A DNA stretch of 64,000 bases from Fistulifera solaris (Eukaryota), in contig AP026164.1 of the NCBI GenBank assembly GCA_030295235.1, positions 1,736,001 through 1,800,000 of the forward strand, given 5' to 3'. The notes beneath the pieces were generated by a model that saw nothing but the letters and a program-made list of their open reading frames with translations, made no database searches and was not told the origin of the DNA. Shown one piece after another: positions 51,037-61,956 of the stretch. Numbering within the stretch: the first letter of the stretch is position 1; the number at the start of each line of letters is the position of its first letter. The translations under genes were made by a program, and so were the position numbers.

Positions 51037-51139
51037 CGAATCAAACTTGAAACTTGTATTCCACTCTTCCCTGACTTCGAGTGCGCTTCTCAAAATTGCA
51101 CCAAGTCGTTTTTACAACACATCTTGGATTACTGGCAAG

Positions 51140-52338
51140 CTATTTTGTAATCGCGTTTTTGACACATATTTTTGCTTGCTTCTCGCAGTCTTTACTGAGT
51201 TTCGTGAACTTTCCTTGCACTTCGAGCACGAGTCCGCTCATCGCCAGGGCCAACCCAACGGATCCCTGATTCGAGAGTACATGACCTTTTGATATCACAC
51301 TCCACAGAACAGAAAGCATTTTCCGAGTTGTCGTTATGGTCGAACAAACCATCGGGTCGAACGTGGCCACGACGAAAAAGATGAAGGACTGCCCGATAGC
51401 GGAACACAAACAGACCTTCCAGATCATTCTAGCCACAACTGGGTTTTCTCCCAGAAAAAGGAGGCCGGTGATCAGATCCTGCGTGACAGCGGATATACTC
51501 AGAGCCACAACGCACATGGCCAGATTGGTGTACAGCAAGAAATCATACGTCGACGGAGGTGTTGCCCTATACGTCTGCTTGAGACGCTTCTGGAAGCCAG
51601 CTGTAATCCCGTCCATCACCAATGATATCAGGATGAAACACAAACCAGCTGGTGTGTCGGGCTCGTCTTTGTGTTTTTGAGAAGATCCGGCCGATAGCAG
51701 AGCGGTTCCGCAGACAATTAATAGAACGAATAGTAGATCTCGGAGCCCGTATTTCGAACCGCCCAACAAGAGCTGACCGAGCATGACGGGGACAATTTTT
51801 GCCGATTTCGCTAGAATACAAACTGGAAAACTCAAACCAGCTGCCAGCGCCAGTGATGTGAAGGCTTTCGCGAAGACTTGAGAGCAGCCCGTAGCGATGA
51901 ACGGTCGTAGAGAGAGATTTGCACGGCCACCAAAGATACGTCGGCCAACGAGACCCACAAAAATATTTGCAAGACATTCAAGCGACTGCAAGAGCCATAC
52001 AGATTGAAAGGAGGTACTGTCGGTGGATCGATATTTGAACAAATCTTCTTGAATATGCCCATAATATAAGTAAGCGGAGTAAATTCCAGCGGCGCCAAAC
52101 AGTAAACGGGGCACTAGGTGCTGAGCTGCATTCTTTTGGTGGGGATCTCTTCCATAGATGAGTCCGAATCCGACAATCCCGCATCGAGTGTAGCCGCTGT
52201 AGGTCTCCGTGAAACACGACTGTTCGGTTTAAGGAGAAATACTTGACTTTCTAGGTCGTCACTTTTCGCTATTGACTCGTCATGAAACCTCTCGATTATT
52301 CCTAAGTTGTCGGTCTCGATCACAACTTTACCAGCCAT
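51140..52338 (-). CDS. Nucleotide-sugar transporter, UAA family (SLC35B1/UTr1-like); frameshift near 52114
   Basis: Motifs GIYSAYLYYGHIQE, FPVCILAKSAKIVPVM, LVMDGITAGFQ, SAIGQSFIF and ITTTRKMLSV. Confidence 0.88.
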
Positions 52339-52927
52339 CTTTGTAGTTTTCTTTTCGATTGCTTAGCGTAATAACGAAAGGAGTGAATGAGCAGGCCAGG
52401 GGGAGGTGAGAAGAAAAAGGATGGCAAAAACAAAGAAATTTGTTGTCGTTGCAAAATAGACAGTGGCGTGTTGTTCGCCTGCTTCGTCCAAGACAAGTCT
52501 TGTCCAAAATTATTATTGGTCGCGTTGCTCTGTACTGTTCACGACACAAATAACTCTCCATTCCTTGGTGGACTAAACTGTGAGTAAAGCTTCTACTACG
52601 TAACACTTGCAAGAGAAGCTTCCGTTGGTTGGTTATTTATTCAGGAAGTGGAGTATCACCCTTAAGTAAATTCTCGTACCCCGCGCACGTGACTTAGTCA
52701 AAAAACTAAATGTTGAATTCTTGAACGGTACAGTGAAACAATATGTGTTTCTCTAGATAACTAATGACTACCGTATCGACAACTTACTATAGTCTAAGAA
52801 GAGAAAGAATTCCCTATCTAATTGAGTATTTAGGAACTTGTTTCTCCTCGTCCGCGCTCCCTACATGGTGACTCAAACTAAAGACACACATTGTAATGAT
52901 ACAATAAATACTGTCTGATTAAAAAAA

Positions 52928-55844
52928 TTACTGAATCTCGACAGCACCCCTCGCCATCATTCCATGATCAAAAAGGAATTCGAGCATGTATTGGTTCCCA
53001 TCACTGATGCGGATCAAGTCGTCGTATCGCATCTGAATGGACTTGTGAATGGCACGAAAGGATCGCATAAAGATCCCACGATGGCGTTCCATGTACAAGC
53101 CATGGGTTTGTAGCATTTCCAAGCTCCATCGGAGATAGTATTCAATGTGGGGTGACTTGGCCATGGTTTGCGCGAGATTCTGCAAAAGACGTTCCAGTGT
53201 GCTAGGCTCGGCGCGTTCAAACGATCGAATGACCAAGGGAATGGCGTTAAAAGGGACGTGATCCATCACTTCGCGTATCAGACTAGATTCATTCAGGTGC
53301 AACGCCATGCGCAAGGCTAGACTAAACTCTCCAATCTTCACTTTGGTCTGTACAAGTGCGGGGGTGATTTCTTCTGTGAGGCCAATTGGGTCAAAAATCA
53401 TGTCTTCGTCCAGCGAGTACACGTGCAATCCTTCTCCCGAAACAGTGGCCCATTCTCTTCCGGTCGATGAAAAGAAACGGCCATTGTAAGAACCTCCACT
53501 TTGGAACGTCTTGATCCATCGTCTTCGCGGCGGGCTCCTGGTAGGTTCAGAGAGTTGTAGGTAGATTCGTCTTGGTCAGGATCTGCGTGATCATCAATTG
53601 GACCTGCAGGGCCTAAATTCTTGGAATTTAGCTGTAGAAAAAGCATGGAGCGCGTGAGAAAACGGAGATCATAGTTGACACAAATAAAAAGTTTCAAGTT
53701 CAAGAAATCGCTCAGACATCCAAGGAAGTTATTTTGACCCACTGGTGTCTCTACCGTCGACGCAATCTGCGAACGTTTATGGGAAGTTCATCATCATGAC
53801 GATTCTTTTGCCGATCGTCACTGCATACCAACGACAAAAATAAAGAACGGAACGTACCTCGTCGAGCACCCCGTCCAAGCTTCGATTGAATGTAACTTGA
53901 AACTTCTTGAGCAGAATTTGCTGAGAAAGTTCATAAATACATACATACTTCGAGTTTCCACCCGCCAGAATGAAAGACCCATCCGCAGAATAGCATACGG
54001 ACGTAAAATATCGACCGGCGGCATTGTTATCAGCCGTCATGCGGTCGTTCATCTTCCGACCACCGGAAATATCTCGGCGTCCATCGATCTCGTATTTTAA
54101 ACGCCCCGTCTCTACATCCCAGATGCATAACATACCACCCGTTGTACCTGAGCATATTTCTTTGCCGTCCGGACGAGAAGCGACGCAAACCACGTCTGCC
54201 GTGTGCTGAAGGTTCTCTGTGGCGACGTTCTTCTTGTACAAGTCCCACAACTTGACTGTACCATCCCAAGATGCGCTGACCAGAACGCCACCACTGGGCT
54301 GAAAAGCCATGCTACAAACAGGACCAGCGTGCCCAGTAAAAACATCAAGAAGCTTGCCAGTTTGCAGGTTCCAAGCGTAAATATGAAATGGATCAGTACT
54401 ACCGGCAGTGACGATTTCTCCGCTCGGATCGATCGCCAGCGAGAGAAACTGCACAGGAGTGGGCGTCGTCAGTGTGCGAAACGTTCTATATCGATGTAAA
54501 TCGTGGGCTCTGACGGTCCCGTCCAAACTCGCAGAAAGAACGACGCTTGCTTTCGCAAAAGCGACAGCTGTGACAGGTGCTGTATGATTTTGTTCGAGGG
54601 TGACGTAACAGAATCCCGATGTTGCATTCCATAGCTTGATCTTTCCATCTTCTCCCCCAGTGCAAAGAATCACTCCATCGGGAGAATAAGCCATACACCG
54701 CATCCCGTACGCATGGCCTCTTTGCTTGAGAACGTACGTTTCAGATCGCCACTCCCAAACCAGCAACTGCTGTGATTTGGGACACGCAAGGGCTAACCAT
54801 TCGCCAGAGTGATTCAGAGCAGAAGCCCGAATGAGCTGGTTCGAACCAATGGACAAGGTGTGTAGATTCGCAGCGGATGGCATTTCGTAGAGTCCGAAAA
54901 GTCCAGAAGAGAAGCCAACTGCCATTATCTGACCACGCTCCGAATAGGAAACTGTAGATACGATGGCATTGTCTTGATTAAAGTAATGTCGATTCTTCAC
55001 TTTCCAAGTTCCCTTGACAAGATGTTCGGCGTGTGTGTAAGAGGACGTGACCGTGGATTCCACCGGAGCGGAAGCATTGCCCCCAGTGAAGAAGCCGACT
55101 GCATCGTAATCATCCGTTGTATCCATGTCTTCAACTTGAATTGATTCATCATCATTGTATTCGCATTCCCAAGTGACGAGCGCGCCGTCTTCGCTGACGG
55201 AATAGCACGTGTGGACTCGGTCACCAGAAGCCAGTAGATACAGTCCCACGATGGGCTTCTTGTGTCCCGCTAATGTGACCGGCTCATAATTCAAAGTAGA
55301 ATGCAGCGTCCAAATGCGAATAGAACAATCGCGACTTCCCGCGGCAAGAAAAAGACTCATCAGGCGACCAAGCCAAGCAGGTAACATCGTCTCCCAGACC
55401 CGTGTACGTGCGATGCAGCACTAAAGGAGTCAATTCCTTTTGCATGCGAGGGGTACACCAAACCTGAACATGCTTGCCGTGGGTGACGGCAAGATAAGAC
55501 GAGCTGGCTGGACTAAACGCCATGTGCCGAACGCGCTGGGAAAACTTAAATCGATGCAACACAATCCCTCTGTGAAAACTGATGAGCAGAGCATAGTTCA
55601 AGACATCGACCGCGATCAACAAAGAATCATCCTTCGATAGCGCGAGAAAGCGAATGTTCGATCGAGCTTCGATCGGCAATGCCCTGACGGTGTGGGATTG
55701 TAAGTTGAGAACTTGAATGCGGTTGGTTACTGCCGAAATCAACGAATTCCCGGTCGAATCATAAATGACGTTCGAACCTCCTTCTCCCGTCGGACAACCG
55801 TAATAAGCACCACATAATCTTTGAAGCTTGTAGTTGAATTTCAT
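52928..55844 (-). CDS. PWP2: Periodic tryptophan protein 2 (Pwp2/Utp1, SSU processome WD40 protein); intron 53857-53632; frameshifts near 55350 and 53470
   Basis: Motifs MKFNYKLQRLCG, LLVWEWRSETYVLKQRGH, SLDGTVRAHDLHRYRTFRT, NRSLDGVLDE|LNSK, ALRMALHLNE and SPHIEYYLRW. Confidence 0.95.
53702..53807 (-). ncRNA. U14: Box C/D snoRNA U14 (SNORD14/snR128 orthologue), intronic in PWP2
   Basis: Box C ATGATGA at 53797-53791. Domain A CGTTCGCAG at 53775-53767. Domain B CTTCCTTGGATGT at 53728-53716, directly before box D CTGA at 53715-53712. Terminal stem AAGAATCG/CGATTTCTT. Confidence 0.9.
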
Positions 55845-56367
55845 CTCATCGACATTGTACTCAGAGGAATCGTTGCACAGCAATCGTAGCGTGCTTGTAA
55901 TTCCGAAATGAGAGTGACTGTTATGCGAAAGATGTCCATGACAAAATGAATGGCTCGATGCTCGATACTCGATCTTCGATGGCGTTTTGAAGACTACAAA
56001 GTACGGAGTATTATTTTTCGTGGTGTCTGTCGTCAAACCCATAACCCAGACAGTCGACTGACGCATCACAGACGAGTTTCATTTATCCGGTATACAAGCG
56101 GTACTCATAAATACAATACTCCGTATTGTTTTCAAGTGCTCTACAAAATACAGTAGAAAAAATGTACTGAAATGGTGATAGACGGGATCCGACCGTGACT
56201 AGCAATATATGGATACATTGTACAACAGCTTCTCGATTCTTAGCAACTATGAGGTTAAGGGTTATTCAATTTCAACCATCCATTTCTAGTGGCTGCCGTT
56301 GAATTCGAAAACACCAACGCAACCGTCGGAATTACATAAAGGTAAATTTCTTCTTGATTGATGTGAT

Positions 56368-56438
56368 GCAGCATTGGTTTAATGGCAAAATTCGACGTTG
56401 CCATCGTCGAGCTCCGAGTTCGATTCTCGGATGCTGCA
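56368..56438 (+). tRNA. tRNA-Gly: tRNA-Gly (anticodon GCC)
   Basis: Acceptor stem GCAGCAT/ATGCTGC; anticodon arm CGACG-TTGCCAT-CGTCG; T arm CCGAG-TTCGATT-CTCGG; downstream T-run Pol III terminator near 56448. Confidence 0.95.
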
Positions 56439-57034
56439 GTGACTCTCTTTTTCATTCTTTACCTTGCCATTGAGGTCCTACATGCGCTCGGTTGCCATTA
56501 AGATCTTTAAAAGAAAGCGTCCTCTCACTTTATTTTAGAGTTCAAAAACAAGCGTTCGGCGCACTGTATTCCCCCTCCAATAGTGCCTAGCATTTGAATC
56601 TACGTCAGTATATTGCTAGCTAAAAGCATATGGCATCTAATACTTTTTCTTTGCGCGTTAGTGGGTCGACAATTGGGTGTTACTGGTAGAGAGCAGTTGA
56701 CAGCTCTTAACGAACGAGAATGTTGAAATCTGGGATATGCAGTATTGCATTGAATACAGCACTGCTCTTTGAAAATCGGAGCAAACTGGATTTAGACCTT
56801 AAGTAAAGACTTCTTGATAGACTAGACTATTGCCATGCGAGGTCGTTTGAGAATTACCAGGTCCCCGTATTTCCAGTTCGTTTCAACGGTCATATACTTT
56901 ACCCAGTACCGGTACGATACGATGACATGTCGACGATAAAAAAAGAAAATAAGCCGCGCATTTATTTATTTCGATCGATCATCAACTTGATATTTACCAT
57001 TTTGTATCAAGTAGTTGTCACTTTTAATCAGAAA

Positions 57035-58630
57035 ATGGCGAACCCAGCAGAAGATCTCGACGCATTTCTAACGACCGTCGAACTAAAGCTCCGCGGGCCA
57101 TTCTCGTCCTTAGAACTTACCAAAACAGCCCAAACCGTCGGATTGCGGAAGCCAGAGGACGATTCGGCGCCGGTCGAATTTCTGGAACGATTGGCACAGG
57201 TTCTGCATCGCACGGACAAAATAACAATTCTGCGTATACTGATAGGTTTGCTAGGATTTGACCCGGACCACGGTGAGCTGGATGCGCAAATTGACGCGAT
57301 TTTGACGGATGCCCAGGAATCCCCCAAACATGAAGAGTGGGTTCGTGTCATAGCGGGCCTGGTACAGGGCATCATGTTTCAGGAGGAAGGAGAAGATTCA
57401 AATGAATGCCGAAGATCATGTCGGGGAGAGGAGTCAAATGATTTATTGGAAAAAACATGCAATGCTATCATTAATTCTGTGCAACAGGTGGAGAAAAGCA
57501 CCGAAGGTGTGGACGCCAGTGAACACCCTCGTCTTCAGGCGGACGCCAATCCTATGTTCGCTCCATTTCGATATGCCTTGCTCAAGCCGGAAATGATTGA
57601 GCAGATTGTTCCGAAAGAGCATGGACATTTTACGGTGAACCGTTCTTCTGATTTACTGACAATGGACGCGAAACAGGATGCGTTAAAAGCCCAGGAAGAA
57701 AAAGAGCACGAAACCATCCCTGGAATGGGAGCCATCGCCAACGAAACAAAACCAGTAGCAGTTAAAGAGACTCTGACGCCAACCTTTCCAGGATTCCGTT
57801 CTACATCGTCGAACAACAAACCCACTGCGGGAGCACAACGACCTAAGTCATCCATGTTTATAACTTCCAAAAAGCCCGCAGCTGTCATGGCTAAAACTGT
57901 TTTGCATCAACGGCGAGCCGGTGGAGCTCAAGCGCTGGTAGGGAAGGGCCGGGGTCGGATGGCGGGGGCAAGTGGCAGAACGACAACGCTCATTGCCGGA
58001 AGTACCGTGGCTGGAGTGAGAGGTAGAGCTATGCAAGGTACGGCAGCGCGTTCTCGTATGAAAATGGTAGATGATGAGGAAGCGAATGTCTTGTCGACCA
58101 GTCAGCAGCACCAACAGCAAGTTGCGACGCCACAGCAAGTTAAAGCTGGCCGGAAACGAAAAGCAGAGATACTAGGGAATGATAGCACAAAGTTAGCGAA
58201 AAGAGAAAATGACGCAACCGCAGTCCATGGTAGTTCTGACGATGCCATGTCGGGATCTACGAAGAAGACTGGAGATGTTTCGTTAGCAACTGCTGTACCG
58301 GCTGTTGCGAGAACGACACTGAAAGCTGAATCCTCAGAGAAGGCACTTGCTTCCGATAAGACGTCTGGAGGACACCATCGGCAACAAGACTGGCGGTCAC
58401 TACTTGAAAACAAATCGAATCGTTTATCGGACGAAGATCGTTCGCGCGTGGAGCAATTCTTCATGGATCATACCAATCCGACCCCCAGTCAAACGCATTA
58501 CAAGATGAAGCTGCATGAGGAACGAACCAATGATCCGACAACAGGACAGCCAATGAAAGAGACGTATTATCTCGAACTAGATTACACGAATTTCACGTCA
58601 AAGCAGTCGAAAAAAGTAAAACGATATTGA
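57035..58630 (+). CDS. NELFA: Negative elongation factor A-like protein
   Basis: N-terminal ILRILIGLL...ILTDAQ...EEWVRVIAGLV; HFTV; RMKMVD. C-terminal VEQF...NPTP...MKLHEE...LELDYTNFTSKQSKK parallels the conserved NELF-A blocks. Confidence 0.7.
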   Translation: MANPAEDLDAFLTTVELKLRGPFSSLELTKTAQTVGLRKPEDDSAPVEFLERLAQVLHRTDKITILRILIGLLGFDPDHGELDAQIDAILTDAQESPKHEEWVRVIAGLVQGIMFQEEGEDSNECRRSCRGEESNDLLEKTCNAIINSVQQVEKSTEGVDASEHPRLQADANPMFAPFRYALLKPEMIEQIVPKEHGHFTVNRSSDLLTMDAKQDALKAQEEKEHETIPGMGAIANETKPVAVKETLTPTFPGFRSTSSNNKPTAGAQRPKSSMFITSKKPAAVMAKTVLHQRRAGGAQALVGKGRGRMAGASGRTTTLIAGSTVAGVRGRAMQGTAARSRMKMVDDEEANVLSTSQQHQQQVATPQQVKAGRKRKAEILGNDSTKLAKRENDATAVHGSSDDAMSGSTKKTGDVSLATAVPAVARTTLKAESSEKALASDKTSGGHHRQQDWRSLLENKSNRLSDEDRSRVEQFFMDHTNPTPSQTHYKMKLHEERTNDPTTGQPMKETYYLELDYTNFTSKQSKKVKRY

Positions 58631-58686
58631 AAGGTAAAAGGCAGGAGAGTTTCGGCTATATAACCCTATACACAGGCTTGAGTGCA

Positions 58687-59943
58687 CTAGCGAAACAATG
58701 TGACTAGGTCAGATTGTAAATCTTTCAGGAATGAATCCTCATCAATCGTCATTCCTTCTCTCAACTGAATAGTTGGTTCATGTAGTCTTTTCAAAACCCA
58801 CTTTTCCTCCTCTTTATTTAAGGCAAGCCCTAACGCGCTATTTCGGAACGATGCTATGTCTTTGCCGTTATTCATATTCACCCATGCGTTCACGCATTCT
58901 TCGACTGTGGGGTCGATTCCTTTTGTATCGCAACCTGCAGATTTCGAAAATGCCAATTCATTAGAAAAGATTGGTGTGTAGCTGCAAAACCTTGATCATT
59001 ATTTTCATACCTGTGTTACATGTTCCAAGACGTGGGAAGGAGGGGTACTGTCGTATTTAGTATTACCCGTTCCATATCGACGAAGTTTCCGCAACTCCTC
59101 TATTTTCTCTGGATTTCGGACCGCTTTTCCGGCGATCAAAGCATAGCGGAGTAACAAGGCAATGCGCGGAGCCGACCTAGCGTTTTCCAATGTACGTTTC
59201 AGCTGCAACAAGATATGAGCGTCACGGCTCGAAAAGGGTTGAAAGGGAAACGTGCGCCCGGGTCGACTGGGTCGATCCGCCATTCCTGCTGCGATCATAC
59301 AGAGATGTCGACAAACGTTTTCAGCGCCCTCGAGTTGATTCCAATGTCGCTCTTCCGCAAGGTCGGACACACGCTGTCGATCCGCTTCTTTTACTTTGGC
59401 TAAGCCATCAATATTTCCCGGTCGGTCAAACGATGTTTGCAATTGCTTGAACGGGAGATCTGTAAATGATTGAGTTTGAGCGACTAGACATCCCGACAAA
59501 AACTCCAGAGTCGTTGCCTTATCTCTGGCCAACAATATGATCTCGAATCTTGCACAATTAGAAAGCACTACACATTCCAGTAACCAGCTGTTGATTTCTT
59601 TGCCATCGCAATGAGCAGCCGCACTTTGCAAGATGTACTCTTGCAAGGCATGCAACGTCTTCGGCCGTGGTACGAAAAAGTCACGGCCATCCCCCAGTAC
59701 CTCGTCTTTCCAGCGCCATGTATCCCTAACCGTCTTGCTGAAATTTATCGGATCATCCAATGATGACCATTTTAGCGAGAATAGGTGAACGTCGTAATCG
59801 ATACTCGAAGATCGATCCTCTCGTGTCGCATGAAGGGAACATGGACGGGGAATACTGCGCAAATAAGGAATTGTAGAGAAACATTGGGCAAGCGTTGTCA
59901 ACGCGAATGAATTGAGCACTACCAGGAGACCATTTGCACCCAT
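58687..59943 (-). CDS. Plastid-targeted glutamyl-tRNA reductase (HemA)-like protein lacking the NADPH-binding domain; intron 59010-58935; frameshift near 58921
   Basis: Motifs ECVVLSNCARFEI, RHLCMIAAGM, DAHILLQLKR and ALIAGKAVR, followed shortly by dimerisation-type LHEPTIQLR. Signal peptide ...LAQC-F. Confidence 0.7.
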
Positions 59944-60472
59944 ATCGTTGATACTAACAGCCAAGATTTAGTTGTATCATCTTCATGGTGCTGCCGATTT
60001 TTTGTTTTTGTTGTTTCCGTTGATCTGTACAAGGTACAAGGGTACTGGTACCTGGTAACTGGTAAAGTTCGCAAAAGGCGCAATTCGATTTTACTATGGT
60101 TCAAAGTGTTGTCTGTTTTTCACCACGACTGAGTTTCAGTCATGAATTCCTTCGATTTTTTTGCAACTTAGGGTAAATCAACGCGACGTGTTTTCCTCAT
60201 TACTCATTAGTCATTAGGAATGGCCAGACTTGGTTATTGTAGGCCGACTTTTCTGAAAATAGGACAAATAAAAGTATTGGTCGACTTTCTATCAACATAC
60301 TCGTCAAAATCGTTCGCCATGTGCTGTGTATAAGCCTGTCAAACGTATTAAGCCAGTTCGACGCTGATGCCTTTCATTCCAGTTACCTCTTAGCTCCATT
60401 ACCATTTGGTCAAGCATCGAAAATCGAATGCGAACTAACGATGTCGAAATTTTCTATCTAGTAAATACAGAT

Positions 60473-61651
60473 TTAAGCTACAATATAACGAGCTTGAACC
60501 GGGTTCGAAGCCACTCCTCGTTCTTCACAATGGGTAAAGCCGGCCTCTTTCATGAATTCTTGACATTTGGTTGCCGGCAAACCGCATGTACCTAACCCAG
60601 CCCCATGATCTTCGGATGTGGAACAGGCAAGACATAGAAGGCATGAAAAGCCGTAAAACAAGGCAGACGCGGGCGATTGAATATTAGCCGTCACCGTGTT
60701 TTGGCATTTGATATCGACAACAATCCAGCATCCTCGAGGACTCAATTTTGTTTTAACATCACGAATCAAGCTTTGCGGATCCGTCATATCGTGCAACAGG
60801 TCGTGCGAATAGACAAATGAGAATTCTGAAGCATCACCGTCTGGTCCATCTCCCACGCCCCGTTCCGCAACATTGCACACGACAATATTGGGAATGTTTT
60901 CGGCATGAATTCGTTCTTCAAGAACTTGCAATGAAAGTGCGGATGCTTCATACGCGTGTATGGTTGATTTCGGAAACGCCTTGGCCAGTGTGATGGAAGA
61001 CGCCCCGCAGCCACAACCGATATCGGCCACGTGAACACCCCGTTCCAGCATTTCGACCAGTGGCTCGCCGGTGGCTGGAACATTTACATCTTTTAAGACA
61101 TCCTTCACCAGATAATCCCGAAACCAATTGTAATTTTTGCGGTCGATGCCTCGAATAATTTGTGCATTGCTAAAATCATAATCCACTCCTTTTCCGGATT
61201 GAATCGCCCGTACGACCACAGATTCCGCCCGCTTGACCAGAGGAAGCAACATCTCAAACAACCCCGCCAAGCTGCGCGGGTTTGTCGCAGGATTGCACAA
61301 CAATGGAGCGTAACCCGGTGTCATGGAAAATTTGCCATCACGGAATGTGCAAATACCAGCCCCGGCGGCCTGTGCCAAAAACTCTTGTAACCAGCGTTCT
61401 GACCACCCCGTCGCTTCAGCAAACTCTTGAGCAGTGACTGGTCGTTTCATGGCTTCCAAGTGATCGTACAATTCCAGAGAATCTCCGGCATGAATCAAAG
61501 CACCCGTGAAGGAATGCATCACGATACACCACAGGTGCTGTTCCGGTGATAGCTTCATCATTCGCTTGGCTACAAACAGACCCAGCGCAGTGCCGGAGGC
61601 AAATGCTGTGATGAGGAGTGGGAGGTATGATTTAGAGACGGGAGCCGTCAT
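60473..61651 (-). CDS. Class I SAM-dependent methyltransferase with N-terminal winged helix (Rv2258c-like)
   Basis: GDSLELYD...TAQEFAEATGWSERWLQEFL; VADIGCGCG; LAKAFPKS; DLLHDMTDP; GAGLGTCG; EAGF. Confidence 0.85.
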   Translation of the reverse strand: MTAPVSKSYLPLLITAFASGTALGLFVAKRMMKLSPEQHLWCIVMHSFTGALIHAGDSLELYDHLEAMKRPVTAQEFAEATGWSERWLQEFLAQAAGAGICTFRDGKFSMTPGYAPLLCNPATNPRSLAGLFEMLLPLVKRAESVVVRAIQSGKGVDYDFSNAQIIRGIDRKNYNWFRDYLVKDVLKDVNVPATGEPLVEMLERGVHVADIGCGCGASSITLAKAFPKSTIHAYEASALSLQVLEERIHAENIPNIVVCNVAERGVGDGPDGDASEFSFVYSHDLLHDMTDPQSLIRDVKTKLSPRGCWIVVDIKCQNTVTANIQSPASALFYGFSCLLCLACSTSEDHGAGLGTCGLPATKCQEFMKEAGFTHCEERGVASNPVQARYIVA

Positions 61652-61956
61652 TTTTAACTATGAATATTGTAAACTTTGTTTTGATTGCAGAATAAAAATT
61701 TTCGATGATTATTTGCTCCACATTATTTTTTTGTTTTTTTCTCAGCCTGTGTCCCTCCGTCGTCTTGCCGTGCACCGTAACTCTTGGCATCGTGACGTCA
61801 CAAGGCCAGGTATCTTCAACGAATCTTTTTGGCGGGTTTTCGAGTGCATATTTTTGCACTTTCGCTTTTTCGACCCATCGAACTCCAACCACCATTTTCA
61901 CAACAACACAACTTCTTTTTCTTGTTTCACATTACAACTTTAATCGCTTGAGCCGA

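Noticed and set aside
53777..53857. ORF-track C-terminus of the PWP2 fragment (VRSVLYF...MMMNFP)
   Set aside because: This is read-through into the intron; the MMM comes from the snoRNA box C sequence.
2437..55844. Pseudogene calls for frameshifted genes
   Set aside because: The breaks sit at homopolymers, occur in essential genes, and are not accompanied by evident motif decay; sequencing error is more likely.
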